The notes beneath the pieces were generated by a model. The model did not search any database. It saw nothing but the letters and a program-made list of their open reading frames with translations, and was not told the origin of the DNA. From contig NC_086097.1 of assembly GCF_963921235.1 (NCBI RefSeq), forward strand, positions 216,320,001-216,384,000: a stretch of 64,000 nucleotides of DNA. The letters are read 5' to 3'. The translations under genes were made by a program, and so were the position numbers. The DNA comes from Mobula hypostoma. Lineage: Eukaryota. Shown here one piece after another: positions 61,360 through 64,000 of the stretch. Each line of letters starts with the position of its first letter. Positions within the stretch are counted from its first letter, which is position 1.

Positions 61360-61730
61360 GTTAGGGAATTCCAAGATATTGGCTGAAGATTGATGAAGCA
61401 GTGGTAATTGTCCAAGCAAAGGACCTACAGACGAACATTATAGCCTTTGATGAACCTGCTTCTCTAGAGGGGTGAAGCTGTAACAGGAGAAGCTGTCATT
61501 GGAGTAACTCTGGTGAGTTATTGCAATGTATCCTGGAGTGTAAATAAAGCAGACACAGAATGACAGTGCAGGAATAGATGGATGTTGATTGCAGCATCTG
61601 GGGTCACCAACTCATCGGCGCTCCGCTGGATGGTAAGGAGCTTCATTATGTGCCTCTTAATCCATCCATCTGAGCTAATGGTGAATTGTTCAACATACAT
61701 CTGACTTATAAATGATGATGAAATCTGAGG
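61360..61730 (-). mobile_element. Old CR1/L2-group LINE 3' fragment (related end also at ~58425-58500)
   Basis: Collinear with a remembered shark LINE end: GGAATTCCAAGAT..GGTGAGTTATTGCAATGTATCCTG..CTGGATGGT..AGCTTC. Confidence 0.5.
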
Positions 61731-62229
61731 AGCCACCAATCACAACGTACCCCACTTTTGACCTCTCACTGCAGCCATGTGATTAATTTAGCTGATTCTC
61801 ATCTGCGACGATCAGTAGAAAATTAACACCTGTGTCTCAGACACCATGGTGCTGCTGCCAGTGCCGGAGGCCTGACAATTCGGAGCTGGTCAATGCCTCA
61901 TGCATGCATGAAACCCTGCCTTTTGTTCGCCTATATCTCTACATTGCTTAAGCCTTGCTGTGGGTCAGTGGGGGCAACTTTGTGTTCAAAGGAGGTTTAA
62001 GTAGAGCCAAGCTTCTGATAAAGAAAAAAAAATTGATAAAATACAAGGAAGGAACAGGTTGTCCAGGTGCTCCAACCTATTCCGCTGGTCACTTCTATGG
62101 CTGGTGTGTCCAACAACACATCCGTCCTATCATCTTCCTGGATACCCTAAACAATGAAAATTTCAGTCTTAAAAAATTCATCCGACCTAGCACTACAAGT
62201 CTTCTGGGGTAAAAGAACAGCTTTCCTTC

Positions 62230-62450
62230 ATTGTTTGAATGAAATATTACTGACCTATTTCATTCCTTAATCTCCTTGTTCTGACTCCAAGATTGTTATA
62301 CATCTGTGATGCATATTCCCAGCAAAGAAGGTGTTTTCCCTGTACTTGTCTTGACAAGTTCATTAAGCAGTTGCAAACAGTGATTACTTCACCAATCAAC
62401 CTTCTAACATGAAGGGAACATAAGCAAACCATAAGGAATGTTCTCATAAA
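62230..62450 (-). mobile_element. Very old CR1 3' fragment
   Basis: ORF 62247..62447 LCSLHVRRLIGEVITV..NLGVRTRRLRNEI (LYSLERRRLRGDLIEV-like). Confidence 0.55.
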
Positions 62451-62564
62451 TTAATATTTTAATCCCTTATGTCTGAAGATCTGCAGATATATTGCCTTGA
62501 TAATAAAGCCAGGAAAATAACTGTGACCCAAGAGGGGTGGGGGGGGATGGTATTTTAACTGCTC

Positions 62565-62680
62565 TGGATAAGGATCTGCCTGCATTACATCTTTAGGTTG
62601 TGTTGGTTGTTAACACAAACGACACAGTCCACTCTATGTTTCAATGCACATGTAGATTAATAAATAAATCTGAATCTGAA
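62565..62680 (+). mobile_element. 3' tail of a Rex1-tailed element
   Basis: TTAGGTTGTGTTGGTTG..ATAAATCTGAATCTGAA; reverse-complement match to 14436-14530. Confidence 0.6.
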
Positions 62681-63899
62681 GTAGCGCAGTGTGAAGTGGG
62701 GTGGGGGGGAAGGTTGTCTTGTTAAAAGAGGGAACCTAAGCCACCATAAGTGTGTCAGACTCCATTTTAGAATGAGATTGCAAATCCACAATGGTAAATA
62801 ATTATTTTATGTATATGAGGCATAATATGTCAGATTTTTGAGTGATTTAGATTTAACACTTCCAAAATGAGAAAGTATCTGTTGCTAAGGGAACACCAGA
62901 GCCATTAGATCTACAGCAACACCTAGGAGAAGCAGTGAGCCTTTCCAACGGTATACGATAAATCTGGTGTGATGTACCTCCCTCCACAATCAGATATCTC
63001 TTCCCATCATCTTCAGTCGTCTCCTGCTGCCTTCACCTCCCAGCCCCCCCACAATAACCTCGATCAACTTCCACATCCACCACCAGCCCCACATTGACCT
63101 CTGGAATCCTTGATTACCAGCCTCTGTTTGAGACTTTGCGGCATGGGCTTCCCCGTTCAGCCCTCAGTTTGGCCAGCTTCCAGGTAGAAATGGCATGAAA
63201 GGAATTCAGATTAATACTACCTCAAACACCAATTGCCCACTTCCCTCTCCTCCCTCCCCATGTTCATGACAAATGATACTAAATTTATATTTCTATAAAA
63301 ATTGACATCATTTCAGCATAACTACTAAATAATAACCAGATGATCAACTTTAACCAACTGTAATGCTTTAAAGTGCATTATAACATGTTGACTCATGACT
63401 TACAGTGTACATGGGACCATACATCAAAGTGGCTTAAATTTTGTCAGTTCTTGGTGAATCACCCAGGCCTAATGAGATTTTGACCATAAAGAAGAAAATA
63501 ATTTGACAAGATCCATCTGATCTCACTATTTTCTCTTCCATTGCCCAATGTGGCCGTGGCATTGAGTTAATCATAGTAGTGTGGAGTACTGTCATGATTA
63601 ACCTAATCTATAAATTAAAGATGGACAGATTATCAAATGAAATATGACAATGATTGGTAATGTAGATGAGACATCTTTTCTTCCATCATTCGATTCTCCA
63701 TCTGTATGAATTTGTTGGCTTCAGATCTGAAAGCATGGTCTGGACTAAAGTACAGGTGAAAGTCTGAAAACACAGAGTACTAAGAAGTCAATCATCTAGA
63801 GAAAGAGGCATCACAAAAACATAACCTTTAACATCAGACATCAAACCAAGCCTTTAAGCTCCAGAATGCTATTTGGTCTGGAAATGATATTATTTAAAC

Positions 63900-64000
63900 C
63901 AGCTCTTTCATTCAGCTAAAATTTCCATTTGTGGGAAATTTGTAGGAAATCTGTTAACATTTCCATTTGTAGGACCTTTGCATGTGCAAACTGGCTGTCA
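63900..64000 (+). mobile_element. Possible DeuSINE-domain fragment
   Basis: TTTGTAGGACCTTTGCATGTGCAAACTGGCTG resembles the Deu domain TTTGTGGGAGCTTGCTGTGCGCAAATTGGCTG. Confidence 0.4.

Overview
Eukaryotic, repeat-rich, apparently intronic or intergenic DNA. No host protein-coding gene, rRNA, tRNA or CRISPR array can be supported. The repeat set (HER1-like CR1 LINEs, HE1-like V-SINEs, Rex1/Babar, Tx1, RTE and L2 LINEs, Penelope-like elements, a SacSINE1/DeuSINE-like relic) points to a cartilaginous fish, probably a ray. That assignment is inferred from remembered repeat consensus sequences, not from a database search. Nearly all longer ORFs in the track are retroelement fragments or their antisense. 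The best-resolved structures are two internally deleted sushi-ichi-like Gypsy proviruses with paired LTRs and 5-bp TSDs (26596-30834 minus; 38789-41889 plus, chromodomain visible) and two related solo LTRs with 4-bp TSDs (15187-16041, 23900-24877). The most interesting signal is a recurrent family of short, ORF-less, Penelope-derived foldback elements carrying minimal hammerhead-ribozyme motifs (CUGANGA...GAAA-C-GUC), one with a fully intact core at 2108-2143 (minus). Also notable are non-coding Rex1-tailed elements that start with a YY1-like AAGATGGC motif (one inserted in a Gypsy RT YxDD motif) and a few candidate micro-exons in repeat-free islands. Boundaries of degenerate repeats are approximate.
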